Shown here in pieces: positions 34,613-42,072 of a stretch of DNA of 64,000 bases. The notes under the pieces were generated by a model. That model was not told where the DNA came from. It made no database searches and saw only the letters and a program-made list of their open reading frames with translations. Source of the stretch: Escherichia phage vB_Eco_F27; the sequence record OP870146.1, one strand, 5' to 3'. Made by a program: the position numbers and the translations under genes. The stretch's first letter is position 1. The number at the start of each line of letters is the position of its first letter.

Positions 34613-34841
34613 CATCTCGGTCCCATGATTTGGCCATTAATTCGGACATAAATTCTTCAATGCGCGTTTCTTTAGATGGACTTTCACTATTAGAGACCGC
34701 AAGTTTGTAATCTGCAATAGGACAGAACATATCAAGGTCCATATTAAGGTCGTCTTTGATTTTTTCTTCTGACACATCTTTATCGTATGTGTACAGATAA
34801 CTATCACATGATTCTGATTTAATGTAAATTGCTATACTCAT
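34605..34841 (-). CDS. hypothetical acidic protein
   Basis: The ATG at 34841 (MSIAIYIKSE) has AGGAA 8 nt upstream. That SD is encoded within the ..ECRN.. tail of the upstream gene. Confidence 0.55.
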   Translation of the reverse strand: MSIAIYIKSESCDSYLYTYDKDVSEEKIKDDLNMDLDMFCPIADYKLAVSNSESPSKETRIEEFMSELMAKSWDRDDE

Positions 34842-35329
34842 CTCAAATTCCTGCATTCGGTAATAAAACGTTCAACTTCATTATTCTTGGCCTTTATCTT
34901 GTCTTTACGTTCCTGTAAACTACTTTTAACAAGATTAATAATGATGCCTACAGTACCTCCACCAATAATACCACCAATAATACTTACAATAGTAGATGCT
35001 AATAAGATAGCGATAATATCTAGTACAGCAAAGGCACTTACTTTAGTACTAAAAAACCATACCGACGGTACAAATATAATCCATCCTGTTATCCATTGGC
35101 ACTTATTGAAAAACTTTTCAAGCTCAGCTTGAGTTGTTCGTATTACTTCATCGATAGGTTGATATCCATTAATGTATCTGTTCACAATAATACCTGCTGG
35201 CTGGTCGATTTTAAATTCTTGGCAAATATGTTTCACTAAGTAGGATGGACATCCTGTCCAATCTACCGAATAATACGAAATACCTTCGTTGCCATCGTCT
35301 ATATTAGACCAATATGTTTTGTTAATCAT
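34838..35329 (-). CDS. membrane protein with ERFITECR C-terminal tail
   Basis: The ATG at 35329 overlaps the upstream TAA. Two TM helices (WIIFVPSVWFF..., LDIIAILLASTIVSIIGGIIGGGTVGIII). Ends ...NNEVERFITECRNLR. Confidence 0.6.
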   Translation of the reverse strand: MINKTYWSNIDDGNEGISYYSVDWTGCPSYLVKHICQEFKIDQPAGIIVNRYINGYQPIDEVIRTTQAELEKFFNKCQWITGWIIFVPSVWFFSTKVSAFAVLDIIAILLASTIVSIIGGIIGGGTVGIIINLVKSSLQERKDKIKAKNNEVERFITECRNLR

Positions 35330-36015
35330 TACCAACCTTCCATAGGGAATTCCAGATAAACTTGGGCATTGACACGAATTTCATTGGTAATCTTTTTAAC
35401 TCGGTCTGTATTACGAGATACACGTCCGAACCAACGCCATCCATTACTAATTGCACGAGAACCAGTGTGCCATGTTTGCCAATCAAACTGAAGAAGAGTA
35501 CGATCTGGAGCTTCCCATTTCTCTAGTTCACCTTTTTCAATTTTTTCGAGGACTTCTTTGTGCCACTGGCGATAGATAAGTTCGCCATCAGGAATCTGAC
35601 TGAACTCTGCAGTTCCTGTTGCAAAATGAGTAGGACACACATCAGCGTTAACAAGACCAAGAATATGTTCAGACAAATAGCGAGGATTGTCATAATCAGG
35701 TTGTCCTGCAGTAATAAAATGTTGTCCTGTTGGAATATCTGGGCGTGGTACGTCATCATGGTGATATCCAGGAATAGCAGGGTACCAACCAGGCATCAAC
35801 ATGTGGACTCGTGAATCAAATACTACATCCGAGTCTTTCCAATCGTCAGGGAGATTTTGAATAAAGCTACGAGTAATTGGGCCGCCATTATCAAAAGCAA
35901 AATTCAAATCGCAGTTAAAGAACATAGGCTCGTTTTTAATCTGGTCGTTTTTAATCGCATGAGCAAAACCACCTACTGCACGAGCTTGACTATTAAACAC
36001 TTTAGAACTATTCAT
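35329..36015 (-). CDS. hypothetical protein, possible Fe(II)/2-oxoglutarate dioxygenase fold
   Basis: 228 aa. PGYHHDD (HxD-like), a distal WHTG His, then GRVS (RxS) 14 residues later. This is the pattern of the 2OG-oxygenase facial triad plus 2OG-binding Arg. Motif-level evidence only. Confidence 0.35.
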   Translation of the reverse strand: MNSSKVFNSQARAVGGFAHAIKNDQIKNEPMFFNCDLNFAFDNGGPITRSFIQNLPDDWKDSDVVFDSRVHMLMPGWYPAIPGYHHDDVPRPDIPTGQHFITAGQPDYDNPRYLSEHILGLVNADVCPTHFATGTAEFSQIPDGELIYRQWHKEVLEKIEKGELEKWEAPDRTLLQFDWQTWHTGSRAISNGWRWFGRVSRNTDRVKKITNEIRVNAQVYLEFPMEGW

Positions 36016-36016
36016 A

Positions 36017-36322
36017 TTATTTTCCTCGACATTCTTTAATGAAATTTTCTAGATTGGTAGATTCAATAGCTTTTTTACGAGCTTCAACATGTTCTTCTTC
36101 AGACAATTTACATTTATAATTGACCCAGACATTATGGTCGAAACTAGTCGTGGCATATAATAACAAAGCTCCGACGAATAATAAAAACGGTGATAAGAAT
36201 ATACAACCAGGCACACCATCCATACTGTAAGCCTTTTGTAATACTGCAACAGAAAGAGTTGCGTAAAAAAGTGATGCAAATATTGTTAAAAGACCAATTC
36301 GGTTGGTTTCGCCTAATTTCAT
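36017..36322 (-). CDS. membrane protein with ENFIKECR C-terminal tail
   Basis: 101 aa with two TM helices. Ends ...STNLENFIKECRGK. The next gene's ATG lies 2 nt after the stop. Confidence 0.6.
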   Translation of the reverse strand: MKLGETNRIGLLTIFASLFYATLSVAVLQKAYSMDGVPGCIFLSPFLLFVGALLLYATTSFDHNVWVNYKCKLSEEEHVEARKKAIESTNLENFIKECRGK

Positions 36323-36350
36323 AATATTCTCCTCATGTTTTAATAGGACT

Positions 36351-36380
36351 ACTATAACATAGTCCTATAATTGTGTAAAC
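36351..36380 (-). promoter_or_regulatory. early promoter cassette (PeSL type)
   Basis: Minus strand: GTTTAC, 18 nt, TATAGT. Inverted repeat ATAGGACTA/TAGTCCTAT surrounds the -10. Confidence 0.65.
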
Positions 36381-36392
36381 AGTTTTGCGAAA

Positions 36393-37349
36393 TTATTTGA
36401 AAGGTTTTACCATATGGAAATTTTGTTTGAAACGTTTGACGTAATCGTCATGTCCTAAGCTTTGGTACATACTTACTACTTTGCTGTAGTTTTCCCAGGC
36501 GTATTCACGGAACCAACCGGAGGTGATGCTTGTGCAGACTTTTTCTAATGCCATCATGAAACTGGCTTCAGGGTTAATTTTAAAGTCATTAGGAATCTGA
36601 GAACGTTCTAATGCTAGTACACATGATTCTTCATATACACCGGCCAATTTGACCATTTCTGGTAACGATTCGAACTTCTCGCGTGAGGTCATGACTTCAG
36701 AACCGTCTTTCATATAAAATGTATAAGCCGGACGGTCTGTTAGTGCAATGGCTTCATGAATAGTATCATGGTCATATGTATAGATGTCATCTTTAAAGAA
36801 CGCACTTTTAGAAGTGTCAAGAACCGGGTGAGCATAGTTCAAGGTTTCTTTCTGGCGTTTCAGCATAATTTCAGTAAGTTCATCGTTCAGTGTAACACCT
36901 TTACCACGAAGATACTGAATATGGTTCATAGTCTTTAAAAAGAATGGATTATTTTTCTTGAAACGATGAGACATCTTAATTGCAAGACATATCTCAGGAG
37001 TTGCCCAGTAAAACCCGTTCAAACGGTCTTTAGTCAAATTTTTCTTGGCGTATTTTAAAAGGTCATAAGAAGACGTGAAATCTTCAGGAGTGAGTTCACC
37101 GACTAATTCACGGACATTAGTGATTGCCGGAACAATATATGCTTCAAAATGAGTTTCGCGTCCATTATGGAAGCATTTGAAAACTTGGACATCAGGGTTA
37201 TCTTGGTGAACATATACACCCATCATTTGATTTTTGAATGCATTCCAAGAACCTTGGTCCGCAATAAAGTCCCAATCGCTATTTTTGATAGCGCTAGAAT
37301 CAATAAGACCATGATAGTGAAGTGCACGAGAACCAATAACTAACATCAT
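36393..37349 (-). CDS. hypothetical protein, possible nucleotidyltransferase-fold N-terminus
   Basis: 318 aa. VIGSRALHYHGLIDSSAIKNSDWDFI loosely fits G[GS]-x(n)-DxD. Confidence 0.4.
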   Translation of the reverse strand: MMLVIGSRALHYHGLIDSSAIKNSDWDFIADQGSWNAFKNQMMGVYVHQDNPDVQVFKCFHNGRETHFEAYIVPAITNVRELVGELTPEDFTSSYDLLKYAKKNLTKDRLNGFYWATPEICLAIKMSHRFKKNNPFFLKTMNHIQYLRGKGVTLNDELTEIMLKRQKETLNYAHPVLDTSKSAFFKDDIYTYDHDTIHEAIALTDRPAYTFYMKDGSEVMTSREKFESLPEMVKLAGVYEESCVLALERSQIPNDFKINPEASFMMALEKVCTSITSGWFREYAWENYSKVVSMYQSLGHDDYVKRFKQNFHMVKPFK

Positions 37350-37377
37350 AATATTTTCCTCGGATTAATTCATTAAC

Positions 37378-37617
37378 TTAAATTTCACGACATGCGATAT
37401 TATATTCGTCCCAGAGGTCATCGTGTGAAGCCTCTACCAATGGAACGATTGTACCGTTTATGTCTTCATTATAAGGGCAAATTGTACAGTGCGCATCTTC
37501 GAATCGGATGCCTTTGTGTTCAGATTTTTTATAACGCATATCGAATATCTTTGCAAACTTTTCACGAGTAATGGTTTTAGCAACCACTTTGGTTCCGATA
37601 CTTTCGTAATAAATCAT
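37378..37617 (-). CDS. hypothetical protein
   Basis: The ATG at 37617 (MIYYESIG) has GGAG 7 nt upstream. The first ATG at 37629 lacks an SD. Confidence 0.55.
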   Translation of the reverse strand: MIYYESIGTKVVAKTITREKFAKIFDMRYKKSEHKGIRFEDAHCTICPYNEDINGTIVPLVEASHDDLWDEYNIACREI

Positions 37618-37645
37618 TGTGGACTCCATTTAATTTGATAGGACT

Positions 37646-37675
37646 ACTATAACATAGCCCTATCTTGTTGTAAAC
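37646..37675 (-). promoter_or_regulatory. early promoter cassette (PeSL type)
   Basis: Minus strand: GTTTAC, 18 nt, TATAGT. Inverted repeat ATAGGGCTA/TAGTCCTAT. Confidence 0.65.
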
Positions 37676-37679
37676 TGTT

Positions 37680-37877
37680 TTAGCAAGAATAACTAGATGA
37701 TACCCAGCCTTGAACAGTGATACTATTATGGGATAATGAGATCGCGTCCTGGAGATTCAGACCTGCGTTATCTTCAATCCATAATGTAACTTCTTCGCGT
37801 TCTTCTGTTGCAATTTGGAACAGGTTTTCCAGAGCAGCTACTGCCGTACGTACAGCACAATCTAATTCACGAGACAT
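37680..37877 (-). CDS. WVSS-x-x-C tail family protein, paralog 1
   Basis: 65 aa ending GWVSSSYSC-stop. Third member of a tandem paralog triplet. Confidence 0.65.
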   Translation of the reverse strand: MSRELDCAVRTAVAALENLFQIATEEREEVTLWIEDNAGLNLQDAISLSHNSITVQGWVSSSYSC

Positions 37878-37886
37878 ATTGTTTCC

Positions 37887-38159
37887 TTAGCAAGTGTGAG
37901 AAGATGCGACCCAACCACCAGTTTCGAGGCTCAGGTTGTAGTCGTATTGGTAAACGTCAGCCCATTCAGCATAGCCGTTTTTTGTACAACGTTCAAGATC
38001 GGCTTTAAGATGTCCGGGTGAATGATAGGTTCCACCCATACCATAAGCTGGATACAAGTCGAATGTTGTGTTTTGTTTATCAGCAATTTCTTTGGCAGCC
38101 TCAATAGCTGCATAGATTTTTGCTACAGCTTCAGCCAGTTCGGTTTGTTCTTTAGACAT
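37887..38159 (-). CDS. WVSS-x-x-C tail family protein, paralog 2
   Basis: 90 aa ending GGWVASSHTC-stop. Shares the A..I...I..A..IAD....F......YG.G.TY..G core with paralog 3. Confidence 0.65.
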   Translation of the reverse strand: MSKEQTELAEAVAKIYAAIEAAKEIADKQNTTFDLYPAYGMGGTYHSPGHLKADLERCTKNGYAEWADVYQYDYNLSLETGGWVASSHTC

Positions 38160-38168
38160 AATGATTCC

Positions 38169-38474
38169 TTAGCACAACGCAGAAGACGAAACCCAAGCAC
38201 CTTCAGTAATAACGTAACCATTACCTTCACGCTTAACATCGCCACCATTATTTTCAATTTCATCTTTCATCCACTGGGATACGATTTCACCCTTAGGATA
38301 ATAAGTACGACCACTACCATAATCACCTACAGAAAATGATACGGCATATTGGTCTGCGATCTTTGTTGCTTCTTCTTCGATACGTTCAGCTTGATTCAGA
38401 AGTTTATAAATTGCATCTGAAGCGGATTTGGCATCATTAAACTCTGGTACTTTAATTTCAATAATCTTACTCAT
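38169..38474 (-). CDS. WVSS-x-x-C tail family protein, paralog 3
   Basis: 101 aa ending GAWVSSSALC-stop. Confidence 0.65.
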   Translation of the reverse strand: MSKIIEIKVPEFNDAKSASDAIYKLLNQAERIEEEATKIADQYAVSFSVGDYGSGRTYYPKGEIVSQWMKDEIENNGGDVKREGNGYVITEGAWVSSSALC

Positions 38475-38830
38475 TTTCTACATTCCTTAATAAAGTTTTC
38501 GATTGTTTCATTTTCACGTCTAGCTAGGAGTTCATTATAACTAATCGTTTGAGAAGCGTAAACCTTTTTATTTTTCTTGTTGTGGTTTATAAAATCGTAG
38601 TAAAAATAGACTACAGTACAAAATGATGCGATGGATGCAAAGGCTTGGGTATACCGTAAGTCCTGCCATTGGTCTGTGAATCCACCAGTGTTCCCTATAA
38701 ATCCTAACACAACGCCGTCAATAAGAAATCCAACTAATCCAAAGGCAAATCCCATGCCAATACTCATAATAAAAATTAGAATGTTCTCACCAAGAGAAGG
38801 CCATACGGTTAAGAGTTGAGGCTTTTGCAT
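38471..38830 (-). CDS. membrane protein with ENFIKECR C-terminal tail
   Basis: 119 aa with three hydrophobic helices. Ends ...ENETIENFIKECRK, and the stop overlaps the next ATG (AAAUGA). Confidence 0.6.
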   Translation of the reverse strand: MQKPQLLTVWPSLGENILIFIMSIGMGFAFGLVGFLIDGVVLGFIGNTGGFTDQWQDLRYTQAFASIASFCTVVYFYYDFINHNKKNKKVYASQTISYNELLARRENETIENFIKECRK

Positions 38831-39204
38831 CTTATTTCCTTAACGAATTCCATAGCTTCTTCATATTCATACTTTTTAACAGCTTCATCATACTGAGCTT
38901 GGGCTTTTGCGCACTGAACTTTCCATTCGCGTACTCGAGCTCTATAATGACGGCCTTGGTGCCAATATCCTGCCCAATTAATAGGCATTAATAAAAATGG
39001 CACAATAAACGGCCCGGCTATAATAAGTAAAAACACTGCATCAGACGATATAACTTCACTAGAATCTAAAACAGCTCCTATAATCATAAAGATTAAAAAT
39101 GCTAAAGCTAAAATAGGGCCAAATAGTACTTCATTTGGGATTAATTTACGTTTGTATTCGTATGCCCAGGGCTTAATTGGCATGTACAGGGTTGGCTTTG
39201 ACAT
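38809..39204 (-). CDS. membrane protein with EFVKEIRC C-terminal tail
   Basis: The ATG at 39204 (MSKPTLYMPIK). Two TM helices. Ends ...YEEAMEFVKEIRCKSLNS with the next ATG embedded in the tail. Confidence 0.55.
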   Translation of the reverse strand: MSKPTLYMPIKPWAYEYKRKLIPNEVLFGPILALAFLIFMIIGAVLDSSEVISSDAVFLLIIAGPFIVPFLLMPINWAGYWHQGRHYRARVREWKVQCAKAQAQYDEAVKKYEYEEAMEFVKEIRCKSLNS

Positions 39205-39775
39205 ATTCTCTACATTCCATAATAAATTGCTCAAGGATTAAATTGTTAGTGAAATTAGGACTAACAACCATAGTTTCATAAAGCGCATCAATAGCACTTA
39301 AAGCATCAACTCTTTTAAGCAAAGGCTTGCCTTCATACATAGTTTCAGAATCGATGATTAACGTAAAGTAATATTTTTTATTATCGACTAGAACTTCCGT
39401 ATCGATATAAAACATATTAGACCTCAGAAGCTTATCTCTAAAACCATAATAATCTTCAGAGCGTTCGCTGATATATTCCCATTCAGTGTTTAAACAACAA
39501 ACAGACCATGTAGGAGCAACGAAATCGGTGAATCTAATATCATGGTCTGCAACTAGTTTAGCAATAGCTCCGATATCATGAATCATAATACCTGGGGCTA
39601 ATAAAGATTTTCTGCTATGGCTAGCCGTTTTCTCAGTAGTCTCATAAGAAGACGACCAGTACCATTTACGTCCAGTTGCAACATATCGTAATGAATCAAC
39701 TAAAGATGTAGGTGGATTTACCTTATCTCGGAACTCTTCGAACATTGAGTCAATATCATTATTTTGGTTTCGCAT
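39173..39775 (-). CDS. hypothetical protein with QFIMECR near the C-terminus
   Basis: The ATG at 39775 follows AAGGAG. 200 aa ending ...LILEQFIMECREYVKANPVHAN. The next gene's ATG lies just after ECRE. Confidence 0.6.
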   Translation of the reverse strand: MRNQNNDIDSMFEEFRDKVNPPTSLVDSLRYVATGRKWYWSSSYETTEKTASHSRKSLLAPGIMIHDIGAIAKLVADHDIRFTDFVAPTWSVCCLNTEWEYISERSEDYYGFRDKLLRSNMFYIDTEVLVDNKKYYFTLIIDSETMYEGKPLLKRVDALSAIDALYETMVVSPNFTNNLILEQFIMECREYVKANPVHAN

Positions 39776-39792
39776 GTTAACTCCTTTATTAT

Positions 39793-39816
39793 CCAAAAGG
39801 AGGACCGGAGTCCTCC
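39793..39816 (-). terminator. hairpin terminator
   Basis: Minus-strand GGAGGAC-UCCG-GUCCUCC followed by UUUUGG, 8 nt after the stop of the PspA-like gene. Confidence 0.55.
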
Positions 39817-39824
39817 GTATTATT

Positions 39825-40418
39825 TTATTTCAAAGAGTTAATATATTCTTGTACATCAGCAGAAGTGGTTTCGACGCCGGCTGGAGTGCCATTGAACGTT
39901 TCAACACGAGTCAGAGTGTCTTCGATATCAACCTTAGTCAGTGCAGCGATTTCAATTACATCATCGGCCGTAGAGATACCAAGGGCATTGGCTGCTCGAG
40001 TTTCACGAATGTATTCGAGTTTGATTGCCAGGTTCTGACGAGCATCGTCAAGTTCAACCACCTTACGAGCAATTTCAATTCGCATAGCGGCATACCCGTC
40101 AGCTTTTGTATTAAGTTGTTCGGCAGTTCGACGATACAGAAGACCAAGCTTAGCATGCATGGTAACATCTTGTCCTTCAGCCAGGAGCTTACGAATTTCA
40201 CGTTCCTTAGAAGCGGCTTGCTTGTTCTTTTCATTAACAAGTTCGCGAATACGTTTTTCTTCATTAATAGATTTAACAGAAGCCGTTTTTAGTTCTTTGA
40301 TTTGGGTAATCAACTTATCTGCAGCTGCGTTATACTGTTCTTCGACAGTCAGATTTTTAGCCATAGCAGTACCAAGTTTAGTGCGGATGAATTCAACAAG
40401 TTTCTTCAGTGTGTTCAT
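39825..40418 (-). CDS. long coiled-coil protein, PspA/IM30-like
   Basis: 197 aa from the ATG at 40418. Continuous heptad-rich helices resemble PspA in size and layout (compare [13 protein letters not shown] with PspA LSETRARQQALML). Similarity judged by eye only. Confidence 0.35.
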   Translation of the reverse strand: MNTLKKLVEFIRTKLGTAMAKNLTVEEQYNAAADKLITQIKELKTASVKSINEEKRIRELVNEKNKQAASKEREIRKLLAEGQDVTMHAKLGLLYRRTAEQLNTKADGYAAMRIEIARKVVELDDARQNLAIKLEYIRETRAANALGISTADDVIEIAALTKVDIEDTLTRVETFNGTPAGVETTSADVQEYINSLK

Positions 40419-40441
40419 ATTATTACCTTTCAATTGGTGGT

Positions 40442-40489
40442 TTATTATCCAACGAGAGCATTATACTCTGCTCTCAAGAGATTGTAAAT
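40442..40489 (-). promoter_or_regulatory. early promoter cassette, near-duplicate of 11194..11241
   Basis: Minus strand: ATTTACA, then TATAAT flanked by GAGAGCA/TGCTCTC. 46 of 48 nt are identical to the copy at 11194..11241. Confidence 0.7.
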
Positions 40490-40716
40490 TATTTTTTAAT
40501 CAAATTGACATAAAACTCGGCGTCTTCCGGGTGCATGCCTTCGCAGTATTCTTCAACCATGAACTTCTTAACAGCTTCATAAGGACCGCTCAGATTAAGC
40601 TCAGTTGTCCAGAACTTGGAATCTTGGACCGAATCGATACGAACTTCAGGGTGACGGTTGCGAATAACTTCTTCAGTGTATTCATAATCAACGACATCAA
40701 TACTAACTGTAGCCAT
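40489..40716 (-). CDS. hypothetical acidic protein
   Basis: 75-aa ORF. AGAGGAGAAAC lies upstream. Confidence 0.6.
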   Translation of the reverse strand: MATVSIDVVDYEYTEEVIRNRHPEVRIDSVQDSKFWTTELNLSGPYEAVKKFMVEEYCEGMHPEDAEFYVNLIKK

Positions 40717-40745
40717 TTTGTTTCTCCTCTTGATTTGATGTGATT

Positions 40746-40775
40746 ACTATAACATAAACGTACTTAGATGTAAAT
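40746..40775 (-). promoter_or_regulatory. early promoter
   Basis: Minus strand: ATTTAC, 18 nt, TATAGT. Confidence 0.55.
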
Positions 40776-40928
40776 TATTTCAACGTCACCTTTAGCGGCT
40801 TTATAACCTTCAGCCCAAGATACAACAGAGTTTTTATCCGAGGATTCAAATTCAGGCATTGGACTTTCACCAATATTCACACAGTATGTTTCTTCATTTT
40901 CATCGAACCAAATAATTAAAGTAGTCAT
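40764..40928 (-). CDS. small hypothetical protein, 54 aa (below the ORF-track cutoff)
   Basis: Hand-translated MTTLIIWFDENEETYCVNIGESPMPEFESSDKNSVVSWAEGYKAAKGDVEIIYI. AGAGGAGUAAAC lies upstream, downstream of the promoter at 40959..40988. Confidence 0.5.
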   Translation of the reverse strand: MTTLIIWFDENEETYCVNIGESPMPEFESSDKNSVVSWAEGYKAAKGDVEIIYI

Positions 40929-40958
40929 TTTGTTTACTCCTCTGTAGTTGATAAGTCT

Positions 40959-40988
40959 ATAGTATCACCATCCTTGGTGCTTGTACAT
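40959..40988 (-). promoter_or_regulatory. early promoter cassette, related to 20278..20307
   Basis: Minus strand: ATGTAC, 18 nt, TACTAT. The spacer contains CACCAAGGATGGTG. Confidence 0.55.
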
Positions 40989-40996
40989 CATTATTT

Positions 40997-41302
40997 TTAA
41001 TTTTTCCAACTTAACAACTTGTAGTGTCCTTCATTCATACGTGGTTTATCCCAAGAAATACTAATATATGATTCGCTGTCAATAGAAGTCGCCGGGTTTT
41101 TCTCTACCGTAAGACCTTCACTTTCCAGCCATTCAATAGTATTTGCGCATAAATCAGAAGAACACCTAATCGGAAACCGGCAAGATTTTTCACCTTTAGC
41201 TGCAGTGTTATACATCTTTTCTAAAATACGCTTTTGCACGTTTTTAAAAATAGTTTCAGCAGATTCTTCAGATTTTTTATTCAGTTCAGTGTAAAGACTC
41301 AT
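40997..41302 (-). CDS. hypothetical protein
   Basis: 101-aa ORF. GAGGAGAAUAUU lies upstream. Confidence 0.6.
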   Translation of the reverse strand: MSLYTELNKKSEESAETIFKNVQKRILEKMYNTAAKGEKSCRFPIRCSSDLCANTIEWLESEGLTVEKNPATSIDSESYISISWDKPRMNEGHYKLLSWKN

Positions 41303-41330
41303 AATATTCTCCTCATGTTTTGATAGGTCT

Positions 41331-41359
41331 ATAGTAACACATCTAGGGAAGAAGTAAAC
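41331..41359 (-). promoter_or_regulatory. early promoter cassette
   Basis: Minus strand: GTTTAC, 17 nt, TACTAT, then AGACCTATCAAAAC. Confidence 0.65.
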
Positions 41360-41377
41360 AACTTTTTCAGTAAGTTA

Positions 41378-41408
41378 TAAACCCCCTAATGGGGACCGAA
41401 GTCCCCAT
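41378..41408 (-). terminator. UUCG-hairpin terminator module
   Basis: Minus-strand AUGGGGAC-UUCG-GUCCCCAU followed by UAGGGGGUUU. Same architecture as 23712..23746. Confidence 0.6.
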
Positions 41409-41411
41409 TCT

Positions 41412-42038
41412 TTACTTACGAGTTTTTGCATATTGAGCAGCGTCAGCAGCCAAACGACCTGCCTGACGAAGTTTTTCTTTAATCGCATCGTGAAGTGGTT
41501 GAGTGTACTTCAAACCTTCGATAGTCAAATAAAGACGATAAAGGTCCGGGGTATCAAGGTTGTTGATATGTTGGCCATTACGAAGAATATTGAATTCACG
41601 AACGAGTGAAGATGTATCGGATTCAATATCACGAACAAGCGAAGATAGTTGTTTATATTTTTTTTCCAGACTAGAAGTATCAAACTTAAGAGCAGGAGCT
41701 TTAGGAGTTGCTTTTACTTCAGGCTTAGGCTCAGGTTTTGCTATTGCTTTAGGGGTCGCAGGTTTAGGAATGGAAGGAGTAGGTTTTACTTTAGGCGAAC
41801 CCGATTTAGCAGAAACACCACCACTAACAATATCTTTGAATGCTTTAGAAGCTCTGTAATATTCTTTTTGGCTGGAAGTGTCGATACCGTACATGGCTTG
41901 AACGTTTTTGAAAAACTCTGTACTAGTTTTTGTACCAGAAATAGCATCGTAAGCAGCTTGCCATTTCTCTTTTGTCATACGTACACCGGCTTCGGTGATT
42001 ACTTCCGTTTCGGCTAAAAATTCATTAAAAGTATACAT
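41412..42038 (-). CDS. capsid-targeted internal protein (IP-D) with a Lys/Pro/Ala-rich tract
   Basis: N-terminus MYTFNEFLAE-T (CTS-like, L-x-E site). Central KVKPTPSIPKPATPKAIAKPEPKPEVKATPKAPALK. A late promoter lies directly upstream. Confidence 0.65.
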   Translation of the reverse strand: MYTFNEFLAETEVITEAGVRMTKEKWQAAYDAISGTKTSTEFFKNVQAMYGIDTSSQKEYYRASKAFKDIVSGGVSAKSGSPKVKPTPSIPKPATPKAIAKPEPKPEVKATPKAPALKFDTSSLEKKYKQLSSLVRDIESDTSSLVREFNILRNGQHINNLDTPDLYRLYLTIEGLKYTQPLHDAIKEKLRQAGRLAADAAQYAKTRK

Positions 42039-42063
42039 CGATGGTCCTTAGAAAGTAGGTTTA

Positions 42064-42071
42064 TTGTTTAC
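42064..42071 (-). promoter_or_regulatory. late promoter (TATAAATA)
   Basis: Exact minus-strand TATAAATA, 26 nt upstream of the IP-D ATG and directly after the terminator. Confidence 0.7.
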
Positions 42072-42072
42072 T

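Noticed and set aside
39774-40743. Plus-strand ORFs of 172 and 194 aa (39774..40292 and 40159..40743)
   Set aside because: They lie antisense to the coiled-coil (PspA-like) gene and its neighbours. Repetitive Lys/Glu codons give long open reverse frames. There are no promoter or SD signals on the plus strand.
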